Made by a program: the position numbers and the translations under genes
Notes under the pieces: model-generated
What the model was told of the DNA's origin: nothing
Seen by the model: the letters and a program-made list of their open reading frames with translations, nothing else
Database searches by the model: none
DNA from: Collinsella sp.
Lineage (GTDB): Bacteria > Actinomycetota > Coriobacteriia > Coriobacteriales > Coriobacteriaceae
Length of the DNA: 64,000 bases
Direction of reading: 5' to 3'
Assembly (NCBI GenBank): GCA_046883645.1
Contig: JBKTBE010000001.1
Span: 11,184-75,183, forward strand
Part shown: positions 53,872 to 63,234 of the stretch, piece after piece
Layout: each line of letters starts with the position of its first letter
Position numbering within the stretch: the stretch's first letter is position 1

Positions 53872-54227
53872 AACACATCCTTTCATGATTCCCGGGCACA
53901 CAACGATTTATCCGGACTCAACCGTCGTCGTCCCCGTTTGTATCCACTTATGTAAGTGAATACGTTCTTGTGCGAAATGTAATATCATTTGCGCGATTTG
54001 TCATAACCAATTCTTTTTCCGCTTTGTCGATATGTCAAGAATTCAAATACTTATTCGGTGAACGGTAGTTGATTAATATAAGGTTTTCCCAGCTAAAGGC
54101 TATTTTTTCCGAGCAGTACAATAAGCTTGCAACCGTTCACCGATTGGATATAACATATTGAATATATTGTTGTAACAATATTAGAGACAATGTCACAAGC
54201 CTGTCGTTCTAGTCAAAGGAAGTAACA

Positions 54228-55148
54228 ATGCCCAAACGATTACTGAACATGTCCGCATCCGATTTTGCCGCCACGTCACCCATGGATCTAAAGCAGGCAA
54301 TTCTGGCTTCCGAGGGACGTACCATCATGGCGGAAAACGTACCCTCTTCCCAATTTCTCGGCGGCGTTACTAATGCAGAAATCGAACGTGCCGCAGGTGC
54401 CGACCTGCTTCTGTTTAACGCGCTCGATGTGTTCGATCCAGTTATTGCCGGTATTCCAGATGATCTCAATGAAAACCCGGTCACTTGGGTGAAGCGAGCA
54501 TGCGGAAGGCCCATTGGCGTCAATCTGGAGCCAGTTGATAACGAGGCAGAGATGTCTGAATCCCGAACGGAAATCCCCATGGGTCGTCGCGTCTCTCCCA
54601 AGACCTTAGAAAAGGCTAACGAACTCGGATTTGATTTTATCTGCCTGACGGGCAACCCTGGAACTGGCGTCTCCAACGATGCAATCGCCCATTCGATCAA
54701 ACTCTCCAAAGAGCATTTCAATGGCCTGATCATAGCCGGAAAAATGCATGGAGCAGGCGTTGCGGAACCTGTCATGACGCTCGAAATTGCGCGCAAGTTT
54801 GTTGACCTCGGCGTCGATATCCTTCTCGTACCAGCCCCCTACACCGTCCCTTGCTTCCAAGAAGCAGACCTGCGCGCCATCGTAGACTTTGTACGATCCC
54901 ACAACGTAGGCAAGTCAATTGAAGAGAAGGTTCTCGTCATGGCGGCGAACGGGACGAGTCAAGACTCCTGCGACAGCGAGACCATTAAGAAAATAGGCCT
55001 TGCAGCAAAAGCAGCCGGCGCTGACCTCCAGCATATCGGGGACTCCATGAACGGTATTTGCCTGCCCCAGAATATCTTCACGCTCGGACAAGCCCTTCGT
55101 GGATACAGGCATCAGATCGTCATGCTGAGCCGCTCTGTGATACGTTAA
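54228..55148 (+). CDS. Conserved protein of unknown function (probable TIM-barrel)
   Basis: Strong RBS (aaagga); SEGRT, VTNAE, GVNLEP, LTGNPGTGV, AGKMHGAG, GTSQD, HIGD motifs of a family I recall next to PTS genes; fold is inferred. Confidence 0.75.
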   Translation: MPKRLLNMSASDFAATSPMDLKQAILASEGRTIMAENVPSSQFLGGVTNAEIERAAGADLLLFNALDVFDPVIAGIPDDLNENPVTWVKRACGRPIGVNLEPVDNEAEMSESRTEIPMGRRVSPKTLEKANELGFDFICLTGNPGTGVSNDAIAHSIKLSKEHFNGLIIAGKMHGAGVAEPVMTLEIARKFVDLGVDILLVPAPYTVPCFQEADLRAIVDFVRSHNVGKSIEEKVLVMAANGTSQDSCDSETIKKIGLAAKAAGADLQHIGDSMNGICLPQNIFTLGQALRGYRHQIVMLSRSVIR

Positions 55149-55202
55149 GGTTACCTTGCCCACGTTACATCCCGACTGAGGCAACCATCAGGTATAACCA
55201 AC

Positions 55203-55940
55203 ATGCAAACTGAGGCTCTAATGCTCGATACACACGAAAAACGGCCACTCTATTTACAGCTCACCGACGCGCTGCTCAAGCAGATCGTCGATGAATATCA
55301 AGCAGACGATAAACTTCCAACAGAAATGGAACTCTGCGACGAATACGCCGTAAGCAGAACAACCGTCCGACTTGCCATGAGTGAGCTGGAGCGTCGTGGA
55401 AGTATCTATCGAATCCAAGGTAAGGGATCGTTTGTTGCACCGAAACGCGTTAGCGAGCTCAATTCACTTTTAGACTTTGACTTTGCAAGCCACTGCGATG
55501 GCGTTGATCCGGATGCCATCACCAAACATTTCGGCGGCCTCACATCAGGTCGTCCAATTTCCGTAATGATGCTCCAACAATTTGGATGTCAAAGTCGCGA
55601 TGAAATTCAGCGTCTTGAATTGACCTACGAACTTGAAGGCAGCTTCATAGGCGCTGATACGTTCTTCATTTCAAAGTCGCGCGTTCCGAATAACCAGTTA
55701 GATTTTCAGGCATTTAGCAGAATCATGGACGACTTGTCCAAGTCTATCCAATCTGTTAGGGAAAGCTATAGAGCACGTCAGCTTAGCGATTCCGAAGCCA
55801 GTAATTATGGTGTTGCAAAACTTCCGGTCATCGAACTGACTCATTATGCTTACGACTCCGGAGGCAAACTAATCTCAATTGTCTGCCGCACCGTCTTAAC
55901 TGGGCGGGTCCCTTATCAAAACTTTATTTTCAAGTCCTAA
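55203..55940 (+). CDS. GntR-family (HutC/UTRA-type) regulator
   Basis: [30 protein letters not shown]. Confidence 0.88.
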   Translation: MQTEALMLDTHEKRPLYLQLTDALLKQIVDEYQADDKLPTEMELCDEYAVSRTTVRLAMSELERRGSIYRIQGKGSFVAPKRVSELNSLLDFDFASHCDGVDPDAITKHFGGLTSGRPISVMMLQQFGCQSRDEIQRLELTYELEGSFIGADTFFISKSRVPNNQLDFQAFSRIMDDLSKSIQSVRESYRARQLSDSEASNYGVAKLPVIELTHYAYDSGGKLISIVCRTVLTGRVPYQNFIFKS

Positions 55941-55952
55941 TGTTCTTTTTCT

Positions 55953-56255
55953 TTTGTCTCGATCTGTAACACGTAGCCGAGTTTTTAAGTCCTAACCGTT
56001 ACAGATCGAGACAAACAAGGTAGACCACGCCGAATTGTCTCAATCTGTAACACTAAGACCGGTTTTGGACGTCTAGATGTTACAGATTGAGATGAATGCA
56101 CAGGTCAATCCTCTCAATCTCAATCTGTAACAACTAGCTGAATTTTTCGGTCCTAGCTGTTACAGATCGAGACAAACGGAATAGGCCGAGCCAAAAATCT
56201 CGATCTGTAACATTTGACTCGCTTTTGGCCGCCTAGATATCACAGGTTGAGACAA
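55953..56255. repeat. Palindromic repeat cluster P4 (4 hairpins, A-B-A-B)
   Basis: tctgtaaca at 55963, 56044, 56124 and 56204; last unit degenerate. Confidence 0.9.
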
Positions 56256-56372
56256 TTTGATAGTGGAGTCCTCATTTGCGCGTCATATCGCGTAGCGCTG
56301 ACGCGCTGGTTTCCACAATGACAGGAGGTAAAAGTCCTCCCGCATCGCCTGTTGGCAATCCCGTAGCGATAA

Positions 56373-57137
56373 CTAGCAAATAACCTGCGCGTGTTCCTCG
56401 ATGGCGGCACGATCTTCGGCGGCGATGCCCGGCTCACATACCACGGCGTCCAGGCTGTCCAGGCGGCAGAAGGTGTAGAAGTCGCGCTTGCCGATCTTGC
56501 TGGAGTCGGCGATCAGATAGCGCGAGTCTGCTTTGCTAAAAGCGAGCTGCTGGATACGGCCCTCGTCCATGTTGGACGTAGATACGTCACCGTCCAAGAT
56601 GCCGTTGGCGCCGATAAACGCCGCATCGATGCCCAGCGCACGCAGGGTATCCTCAGCCGTTGGCCCCACAAAAGCGGCGGTGCGGCGACGGTACATACCG
56701 CCCACGAGGCACAGGTCGCAATCTTCGCGCGCCTCGAGCAGGTTAAACACCGAAAGCGAATTAGTCACGATGCGCAGGCGAAACGCCGGCAGCATCGAGG
56801 CCATCTGCTCAACCGTGGTGCCCGTACCCAAAAAGATGGTCGAGCCCTCCTCGATAAGCTCCACAGCACGGCGCGCGATCTGCAGCTTTTCCTCGGCATG
56901 CTTGGTGCGCTTTTCGCTGTGCGAATACTCATGGCGCAGCATAGCGTGGGGGCGACCCTGCGCACTACGGGCTCCACCGTGCACGCGCTCGATCTCGCCC
57001 AGGTTCGCAAGTTCCTCAAGGTCGCGACGAATCGTCATGTCCGAGACACCCAACGCATCCGAAATCTCCTTGACCGAGACCGTGCCCTGCTCCTCGAGCA
57101 ACTGACGAACCTTATCCTGTCGCTCCGCTTTAATCAC
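56373..57137 (-). CDS. lacR: DeoR-family repressor (LacR-like)
   Basis: VSDMTIRRDL..RVHGGA, GTGTT, IGANG; start could be 57158. Confidence 0.82.
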   Translation of the reverse strand: MIKAERQDKVRQLLEEQGTVSVKEISDALGVSDMTIRRDLEELANLGEIERVHGGARSAQGRPHAMLRHEYSHSEKRTKHAEEKLQIARRAVELIEEGSTIFLGTGTTVEQMASMLPAFRLRIVTNSLSVFNLLEAREDCDLCLVGGMYRRRTAAFVGPTAEDTLRALGIDAAFIGANGILDGDVSTSNMDEGRIQQLAFSKADSRYLIADSSKIGKRDFYTFCRLDSLDAVVCEPGIAAEDRAAIEEHAQVIC

Positions 57138-57341
57138 GATGAGTCCTCGCTGTTCCATGCTTGCGTCAATTCAAACAGTAACGAACAAATTGTATCAGAC
57201 TCGTGCGCGTCAAAATGAACGCCTGCACAGCTCCAATCATCACTTTTTTGAGAAAAATACCCCCTGCTTTAGTGGGGTGTAGTGATAATCTCGCCTGTTC
57301 GCGCTACAGTTTGTCGGAAATACCTCGATGTTAGGAACCAA

Positions 57342-58394
57342 ATGATCACTTCCGAGCTTTTCGGCACCGCGCCGTGCGGTACCCCCGTTCATCGTTACAC
57401 CCTCAACGGGCCCGAGATCTGCGTTCGCATTATGGACTATGGCGCCACCGTGTTGGGCATCGACGTGCCCGACATCCCCGGCAACGTGCGCGATGTGGTG
57501 CTGGGCTTCGATAAGCTCGAGGATTACTTTGACAACCCCGCTTGCTTTGGCGCGACCATCGGCCCGGTGGCCAACCGCACTGCAGGTGCAACGATCACCA
57601 TTGCTGGCACGGACTGGCATATGCCGGCCAACGAGGGCGCCAACAACCTGCACAGCGATCTTGAACATGGCCTGCACAAGCGCGTGTGGGATGTTGAGCT
57701 CGACGAGGTCCACAATGCCGTGTGCATGACCACCTCGCTTGAGGATGGCGAGTTGGGCCTGCCCGGCAACCGCACCTTTACGGCCGTGTTTACCGTGACG
57801 CGCACCGGACGCTTCCGTATCGAATACGGCTGCGAGAGCGACCGCGCCACCTACGTGTCCATGACTAACCACACGTACTTTAACCTTGCCGGCCATAACG
57901 CCGGCATGGACTGTGAGCACTTTTTTGTTGCTAACGCTGCCCACTACCTGCCCATCAACGAGCAGAACATCCCCACCGGCGAGATTGCTCCGGTCGAGGG
58001 CACGCCGTTTGACTTCCGTGAGCTGCGCCCCGTCGCGCCTGGCATGGAGGCCGACGATCCACAGATTAAGCAGGCACGCGGCTACGACCACTGCCTGTGC
58101 ATCGATGACTATCAGTACGGTCGCAACCTGCGCCGCGCCCTGCATGTCGAGGAGATGTGGACCGGCCGTGAGCTGAACTATTACACCACTGCCCCGGGCG
58201 TGCAGCTCTACACCGGCAACTGGCTGGGCGACGAACACGCCAAAGACGATGCCAACTATAGCTGGGGCGCCGGCTTTGCCCTCGAGGCAGAGATGTACCC
58301 CGACACGCCGCACCAGCCGCTGTTCCCGCAGGGCATTGTGGGCCCGGGTCACCCCTACAGCAATGTGATCGAGTACCACTTTATGAGGCACTAA
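57342..58394 (+). CDS. galM: Aldose 1-epimerase (galactose mutarotase)
   Basis: DVVLGF, GPVANR, TNHTYFNL, GTPFDFR, GYDH, GVQLYTGN. Confidence 0.9.
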   Translation: MITSELFGTAPCGTPVHRYTLNGPEICVRIMDYGATVLGIDVPDIPGNVRDVVLGFDKLEDYFDNPACFGATIGPVANRTAGATITIAGTDWHMPANEGANNLHSDLEHGLHKRVWDVELDEVHNAVCMTTSLEDGELGLPGNRTFTAVFTVTRTGRFRIEYGCESDRATYVSMTNHTYFNLAGHNAGMDCEHFFVANAAHYLPINEQNIPTGEIAPVEGTPFDFRELRPVAPGMEADDPQIKQARGYDHCLCIDDYQYGRNLRRALHVEEMWTGRELNYYTTAPGVQLYTGNWLGDEHAKDDANYSWGAGFALEAEMYPDTPHQPLFPQGIVGPGHPYSNVIEYHFMRH

Positions 58395-58503
58395 ACCCAC
58401 AACGCGACATATCACACAGCAGCGCCCGCTGGCACCACCGCCGACGGGCGCTGCTTCATGCCTAAATCCTTCTTTTCGATGCCACCGAATTGGTGACATA
58501 ACA

Positions 58504-58653
58504 AAACTATGCCGAATTACTACGATGAACCCACTATGTCCGACCACGCGCTGGTTTATAAAAAATTAGCAACTCGTCTACCTGCGGTTTTATTCTCTGC
58601 AAATTTGGCATGCTCGGCGATAAGCAATTCATCGTAGTAAACCGGCATAGTTT
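58504..58653. mobile_element. 150-bp MITE-like element with 26-bp terminal inverted repeats
   Basis: aaactatgccgaattactacgatgaa / ttcatcgtagtaaaccggcatagttt (24/26 match). Confidence 0.45.
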
Positions 58654-58719
58654 GGCGGACAGCGCCACACAGATCCCCTACGAAGGCAAAATGATCCGTT
58701 TTCCTCCGTCCCCAAGGGA

Positions 58720-59202
58720 TCAGTTAAACAGATTGCCGATGGGGTCGGGGGCGGAACTGGGGAGATAGCGGATTTCTAGTTCTATGCCGAGCTTTTGCAG
58801 CTCTCTGAGAGCAGCGACGTCTGTGTCGTCTACGGCAACGGCAGGCGTTGCAGAGCGCTTGCCCTCCCCCGCCCGCATATGGCCAATGCTGATCTTGGTT
58901 ATTGGCACACCGCCCTTAACCAGCGCGAGCGCATCGGCGGGTGAGGCCACCATGACCAGGATCCATTGACGCGACGTCGCGGTGTGGATGATGTCGATAG
59001 TCCTTTGCACCGAGAAAAACCGTGTCCACACACCTTCTGGCGCCGCGACCCTCATAGGCGCCCACTTACGCGAATCCACCGCGATCTCATCGTTGACGAT
59101 TAGAACAAGGTTAAAACCCACGGCTTCGTTCCACAGCTCAACGTCTTGCCCGTCAATGAAACGGTCATCGATACGCGTGAGAAGGATCTTGGGTTGAGCC
59201 AT
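58720..59202 (-). CDS. PTS mannose/fructose/sorbose-family EIIB (AgaV/AgaB-like) with the catalytic His replaced by Asp
   Basis: RIDDRFIDGQD versus the canonical RIDxRLIHGQV; rest of the domain is typical. Confidence 0.85.
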   Translation of the reverse strand: MAQPKILLTRIDDRFIDGQDVELWNEAVGFNLVLIVNDEIAVDSRKWAPMRVAAPEGVWTRFFSVQRTIDIIHTATSRQWILVMVASPADALALVKGGVPITKISIGHMRAGEGKRSATPAVAVDDTDVAALRELQKLGIELEIRYLPSSAPDPIGNLFN

Positions 59203-59409
59203 GGCTGCCCCATTCTGTTTGAGACCCATACGAGCGGGACGTCGGCCACCAACTCAACAGCAGGTCAAGCACCAAATGGGTACCGCAGACATCACGCTTC
59301 TAATATTAGTGCATTTAAAGTGAGAAAAGCCGCCAGAACCCTTGCGCGGATTTGCGATGTCCCGTATCATAGACAGCCGTTGACGCCTCAGTTGCGTCAC
59401 CACATGGCC

Positions 59410-59485
59410 GCCAGCGTAGCTCAGTTGGTAGAGCACCGCTCTCGTAAAGCGGGGGTCACCGGTTCGAGCCCGGTCGCTGGCTCCA
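59410..59485 (+). tRNA. tRNA-Thr(CGT)
   Basis: GCCAGCG acceptor stem, D-arm AGCTCAGTTGGTAGAGC, anticodon loop CTCGTAA, GGTTCGAGCCC T-arm, encoded CCA; 76 nt. Confidence 0.97.
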
Positions 59486-59496
59486 TTGCACAAGAT

Positions 59497-59519
59497 AGCC
59501 GCCTCCGGGCGGCTTTTTT
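59497..59519 (+). terminator. Intrinsic terminator after the tRNA
   Basis: agccgcc-tccg-ggcggct-ttttt. Confidence 0.8.
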
Positions 59520-59529
59520 GTTGCCTCAT

Positions 59530-59985
59530 TTATTTGCGAAGAACATCGGCTAGCCGCAGGATTGAAATCATCGACCGATAAGTGAGTTCCACTTTTTCGC
59601 CCGCAAGCAGTCGTTTCGAGCCAATCTCATCTAGCCCCACAAGCCGAGAAAACAGCTGGCCGCTCATCGTGCCATCGTCAATTGATTCCCTTATGGTCTT
59701 CAAAACGTCCGTATCATGAAGCGATGCCGAGCTGTAGGGGGCAACACGAGCGGAACTCTCAATTAACGACGAGACAAAAGGATGGAGATGCTTTGGACAT
59801 AGTCCATCAAACACCACATCCCCATTGTCGTTCGAGCCGACCAGGCGCCAAGCATAATGATCGACCCAGTCATCTCCGTCATATATGGCGTCCATGAGCA
59901 ACTTCCCGTCTAGAGAGAGAAACCTATCTGGACATCGGGGCGCAAGACCGCAATCCATATCGGGCCTGCAGCAGCTCCAACCCAA
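59530..59985 (-). CDS. Hypothetical protein, possibly 5'-frameshifted or a remnant
   Basis: Open frame with lower GC; the nearby RBS+ATG (~59995) is in a different frame. Confidence 0.35.
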   Translation of the reverse strand: MGWSCCRPDMDCGLAPRCPDRFLSLDGKLLMDAIYDGDDWVDHYAWRLVGSNDNGDVVFDGLCPKHLHPFVSSLIESSARVAPYSSASLHDTDVLKTIRESIDDGTMSGQLFSRLVGLDEIGSKRLLAGEKVELTYRSMISILRLADVLRK

Positions 59986-60528
59986 CGCACCACATAGGTT
60001 CCCTTTCGTACATGTGTATCAATCTGCCCCGAAATGCCGGTGAATGCAATTCCAGACCCGTTTGTCGGATAGCAATCGACGTATTTTTGTTTTCCGCTCA
60101 CAACCTTGTATAGATATATCGTTCCAGCAAAAGAGAAAGTATCGTGCCTATTTTAGATCTATATGGCCAATTCGAGCCCTCACCATGGCAATTGTTGCAG
60201 CTGGGTTTCTTTTCATTAAAATTTCACTTTGGTAAATCCCCGCCCCTAAGCATTAAACCCGAAGTCCACCGAGCGGGCGAAAGTAAAAGAGGGTCGAACC
60301 AGAAGCAGTTCCCAGACAATTGGCGTCCGGCCAGACACTTCGGTTCGACCCTTTCTTTCAGGATTCTGGCGAACATCCGCCAAACCGAGCACAACGCCGC
60401 CGGCAACTCTCCTACTCAACAACAAGCCCCGCCAACCGCAATCCCCAAGGGAACCGCGATTAACGGGGCTCAAGCGCGCTCCTCAATGGAATCACGTCAT
60501 CAGACGAGCAGCTCAGCCGAGCAGTGCG

Positions 60529-61002
60529 TTACTCCTCCCAGTAAGCGTCTGCAAGCAGCTTAAAGCAGATCTTCTTGACCGGCTGTGCGCCATCGCCCGG
60601 GAACTCGAGCGTGGGCATGTGAGGCTCGCCGGCAACAAACAGCGCGAACTTGTCGTCGGCAAGATCGCCGGCGATCGAAGCGTCGGAATCGACCAGATCG
60701 TAGTCGTCCTTCTCGTCAAACTCCTGAACCAACGTCAGGCTGCCCGTGGCAACCTTAAAGGCCTCGCGACCCTCGACATCGATCTGCAGGTCGTGATAGC
60801 GCTGATGCGTCTCATAGTGAGCCTCGGCCTCGGGACGCGTCGTGGGAGCCATGACGTTCGCATAGACCTTGTCGCCCAGAATCGGATGGCTGCCGACCTC
60901 GAGCTGCGCCGGGTCGTTCTCCTCGAGCCAGTCGATCAGCACGTCGAGGCCCTTGAGCATTCCGCGATACTCCTCGATATCGCCCAATGCACCGTAAATC
61001 AT
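60529..61002 (-). CDS. YhcH/YjgK/YiaL (NanQ/EbgC-like) family protein
   Basis: ETHQRYHDLQ, FVAGEPHMP, VKKICFK. Confidence 0.85.
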   Translation of the reverse strand: MIYGALGDIEEYRGMLKGLDVLIDWLEENDPAQLEVGSHPILGDKVYANVMAPTTRPEAEAHYETHQRYHDLQIDVEGREAFKVATGSLTLVQEFDEKDDYDLVDSDASIAGDLADDKFALFVAGEPHMPTLEFPGDGAQPVKKICFKLLADAYWEE

Positions 61003-61034
61003 CTAAATCCCCTTTCGGATCGCTTCTTTGGCGG

Positions 61035-61180
61035 CTACTCGGCAAACGCGTTACCGACGCTGTTGCCACCCACATACGCCTCGACCAGGGTAAGGTCGGG
61101 ATTGAACACGACAAACTCGGCGTCGCGCCCCGGCATAATGCTACCGCACTTGTCGTCGACATGAGCTAGCAAGCGATGCC
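61035..61180 (-). pseudogene. C-terminal remnant of an N-acetylhexosamine-6-P deacetylase (NagA/AgaA)
   Basis: HVDDKCGSIMPGRDAEFVVFNPDLTLVEAYVGGNSVGNAFAE*, paralogous to 63895-64000. Confidence 0.7.
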
Positions 61181-61199
61181 GGGGCCGTCACCCAAGCTC

Positions 61200-62135
61200 T
61201 TACAGCTCGGTCACGACAACGCCGTTGTAGACCTCGTCCCAACGGTCCATGACCAGATGGCCGGTCATGGGATCCATGGCGTTGAGCTTGCCGCAGGTAT
61301 TGGCGGTACGCAGCACCGTCTCGTCGTCTGCGCCAGCAGCGATGGCATGCGCGAAGCCTGCGATAGTGGAGTCACCAGAGCCCGTGGCGTTAACGGCAGG
61401 GATATCGGGCGTCTTTGCGCGGAACGCACGGCCGTTATGGAAGCCCACGGAGCCGGCGGCACCCATGGACACGACGACCCAGGGGATATCGGAGAAGCGG
61501 GCATCAGAGGCGAGCGCGGCGCGGAGCTCGTCCACATCGTCGGTGGTAAAGCTCGTGCCCAGAAGGCCGTTGATCTCGGTCAGGTTAGGCTTGACAAGCT
61601 CGGGCTTGACCTCGGACTTGAGCGCCGCCTCGAGCGAAGCACCCGAGGTATCGAGCAGCACCTTGGCGCCGGCGTTCTCGGCAATGCCCGTGATCTTGGC
61701 ATAGTAGTCTGCCTCGACACCGCGGGGCAGCGAACCCGAGATGGTGACGACGTCGGCCTTGCTCGCAAGCTCGGTAAACTTGGCGGTAAAGGCATCGAGC
61801 TCCTCAGGGGCAATTGTCGGGCCGCTCTCGAGCAGCTCGGTCTGGTTGCCGGCATGAAGGATATTGAGGCAGATGCGGGTCTCGCCCTTGATGGGCACAA
61901 AGTCGTTGTTAATACCGTTGGCGTCCATGAGCTCGGCCATATAGGCGCCCATATGGCCACCAAGCAGGCCGGTTGCCACAACATCGTCGCCCAACTGACC
62001 AAGGACGCGGGCTACGTTAAGGCCCTTGCCGCCGGCGGTCTTTTCGGGCGTCACACGGTTGACGTCGTCGATGACGAGCTCATCGAGCTGATAGCGCGTA
62101 TCGACAGACGGGTTCATCGTAACGGTGAGGATCAT
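61200..62135 (-). CDS. lacC: Tagatose-6-phosphate kinase family (copy 2)
   Basis: Close paralog of 30366-31301. Confidence 0.85.
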   Translation of the reverse strand: MILTVTMNPSVDTRYQLDELVIDDVNRVTPEKTAGGKGLNVARVLGQLGDDVVATGLLGGHMGAYMAELMDANGINNDFVPIKGETRICLNILHAGNQTELLESGPTIAPEELDAFTAKFTELASKADVVTISGSLPRGVEADYYAKITGIAENAGAKVLLDTSGASLEAALKSEVKPELVKPNLTEINGLLGTSFTTDDVDELRAALASDARFSDIPWVVVSMGAAGSVGFHNGRAFRAKTPDIPAVNATGSGDSTIAGFAHAIAAGADDETVLRTANTCGKLNAMDPMTGHLVMDRWDEVYNGVVVTEL

Positions 62136-62194
62136 TTTTAGCTCCTTATCTCGCAGGCTCCTTGTGCCTCGCGATACGAGTCGACAAAACGGAA

Positions 62195-63076
62195 TTACAG
62201 AATCTCAATCGTGAACGAGCGAACGACGGTCTCCTTGGGCTTGGCGACAAGGCAGCCGCGCTTATGCTCAAGCACATCGTCCTCATCGGAACAGGTCGAA
62301 AGACCGCCCCAAGGCTCAACCGCCACAAAATCGCCCTCGGGCTTGCTCCACACAATGAGATATGGGAAGCCCTCAAAGCTCAGGCGGACGCCCTTGTCCT
62401 CGCCCTTTTTGGAAAGCGTGACCTGACGGCTCTCGAGCACGTCAAAGATGGTCTCCGCAAAATCGAAGAGCTCATGTGACAGAGGCAGCGTCTTTCCCAC
62501 CATGGGGTTCTTGGAGCGATTGGTCACGTCAATCAAGCCAGTCGAAGGGACAGCGGTGCAAAGCTCCGCAGCCTCGTCTTTCTCAAAGCGCAACTCGTAG
62601 TCCGTATAGGCCTCGCCCTCATCGAGCGGACACCTAAAGCCGGGATGACCGCCGATAAAGAACGGCATGTCCTCGGTACCCTCGTTGGTAACCTCATAGG
62701 CGACACGCACGGCGGCGTCCTCAAGCGTATAACGAGCGACAAGCTTAAACGGGTACGGATAATCGCTCAGCAGCGCGGCGTTATCCTCCGAAGCCAGGCA
62801 CATCGCCAGCTCGTTCTCGTCTTGGCTCAGCAGCTTCCACTCCTGTTTGCGCGCAAACCCGTGGCGAGCGAGCTTTACATGATGCCCGGCAAACGTCATG
62901 GCGCTGTTGTCGCGCAAGCCTCCGCAAATCGGAAAGCAGACCGGCGCCTGACCGGACCACACTGCGGGATCGCCCTGCCACAAGTACTCGCGACCTCCGG
63001 CCTCAATCGAGGTAAACGAACCACCAGCCGTGGACACCTTAATAGAAATCGAATCGTTGGAGAGAGCGTATTCCAT
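62195..63076 (-). CDS. lacX: Aldose-1-epimerase family (LacX-like, copy 2)
   Basis: Close paralog of 31355-32236. Confidence 0.8.
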   Translation of the reverse strand: MEYALSNDSISIKVSTAGGSFTSIEAGGREYLWQGDPAVWSGQAPVCFPICGGLRDNSAMTFAGHHVKLARHGFARKQEWKLLSQDENELAMCLASEDNAALLSDYPYPFKLVARYTLEDAAVRVAYEVTNEGTEDMPFFIGGHPGFRCPLDEGEAYTDYELRFEKDEAAELCTAVPSTGLIDVTNRSKNPMVGKTLPLSHELFDFAETIFDVLESRQVTLSKKGEDKGVRLSFEGFPYLIVWSKPEGDFVAVEPWGGLSTCSDEDDVLEHKRGCLVAKPKETVVRSFTIEIL

Positions 63077-63234
63077 TGCCCATCCTTTCGAACAACTGCT
63101 TTTTTTGCTCGCAAGAACCCGTCTCGGCCCTGACCAAAGGACAAACCCGCACGTTCATCGATGCGTCCGGTATCCCAGCCATGCAACGGGGTACCATACA
63201 GACATTGATGCAATTACAGCTGAAAGGCCTTCTT

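Noticed and set aside
55953..56255. CRISPR array or integron attC interpretation of the 80-bp repeats
   Set aside because: Intervening sequences are homologous between units rather than unique spacers, and there are no cas genes. The AAC..GTT pair is internal and only ~33 bp apart, and no integrase is present.
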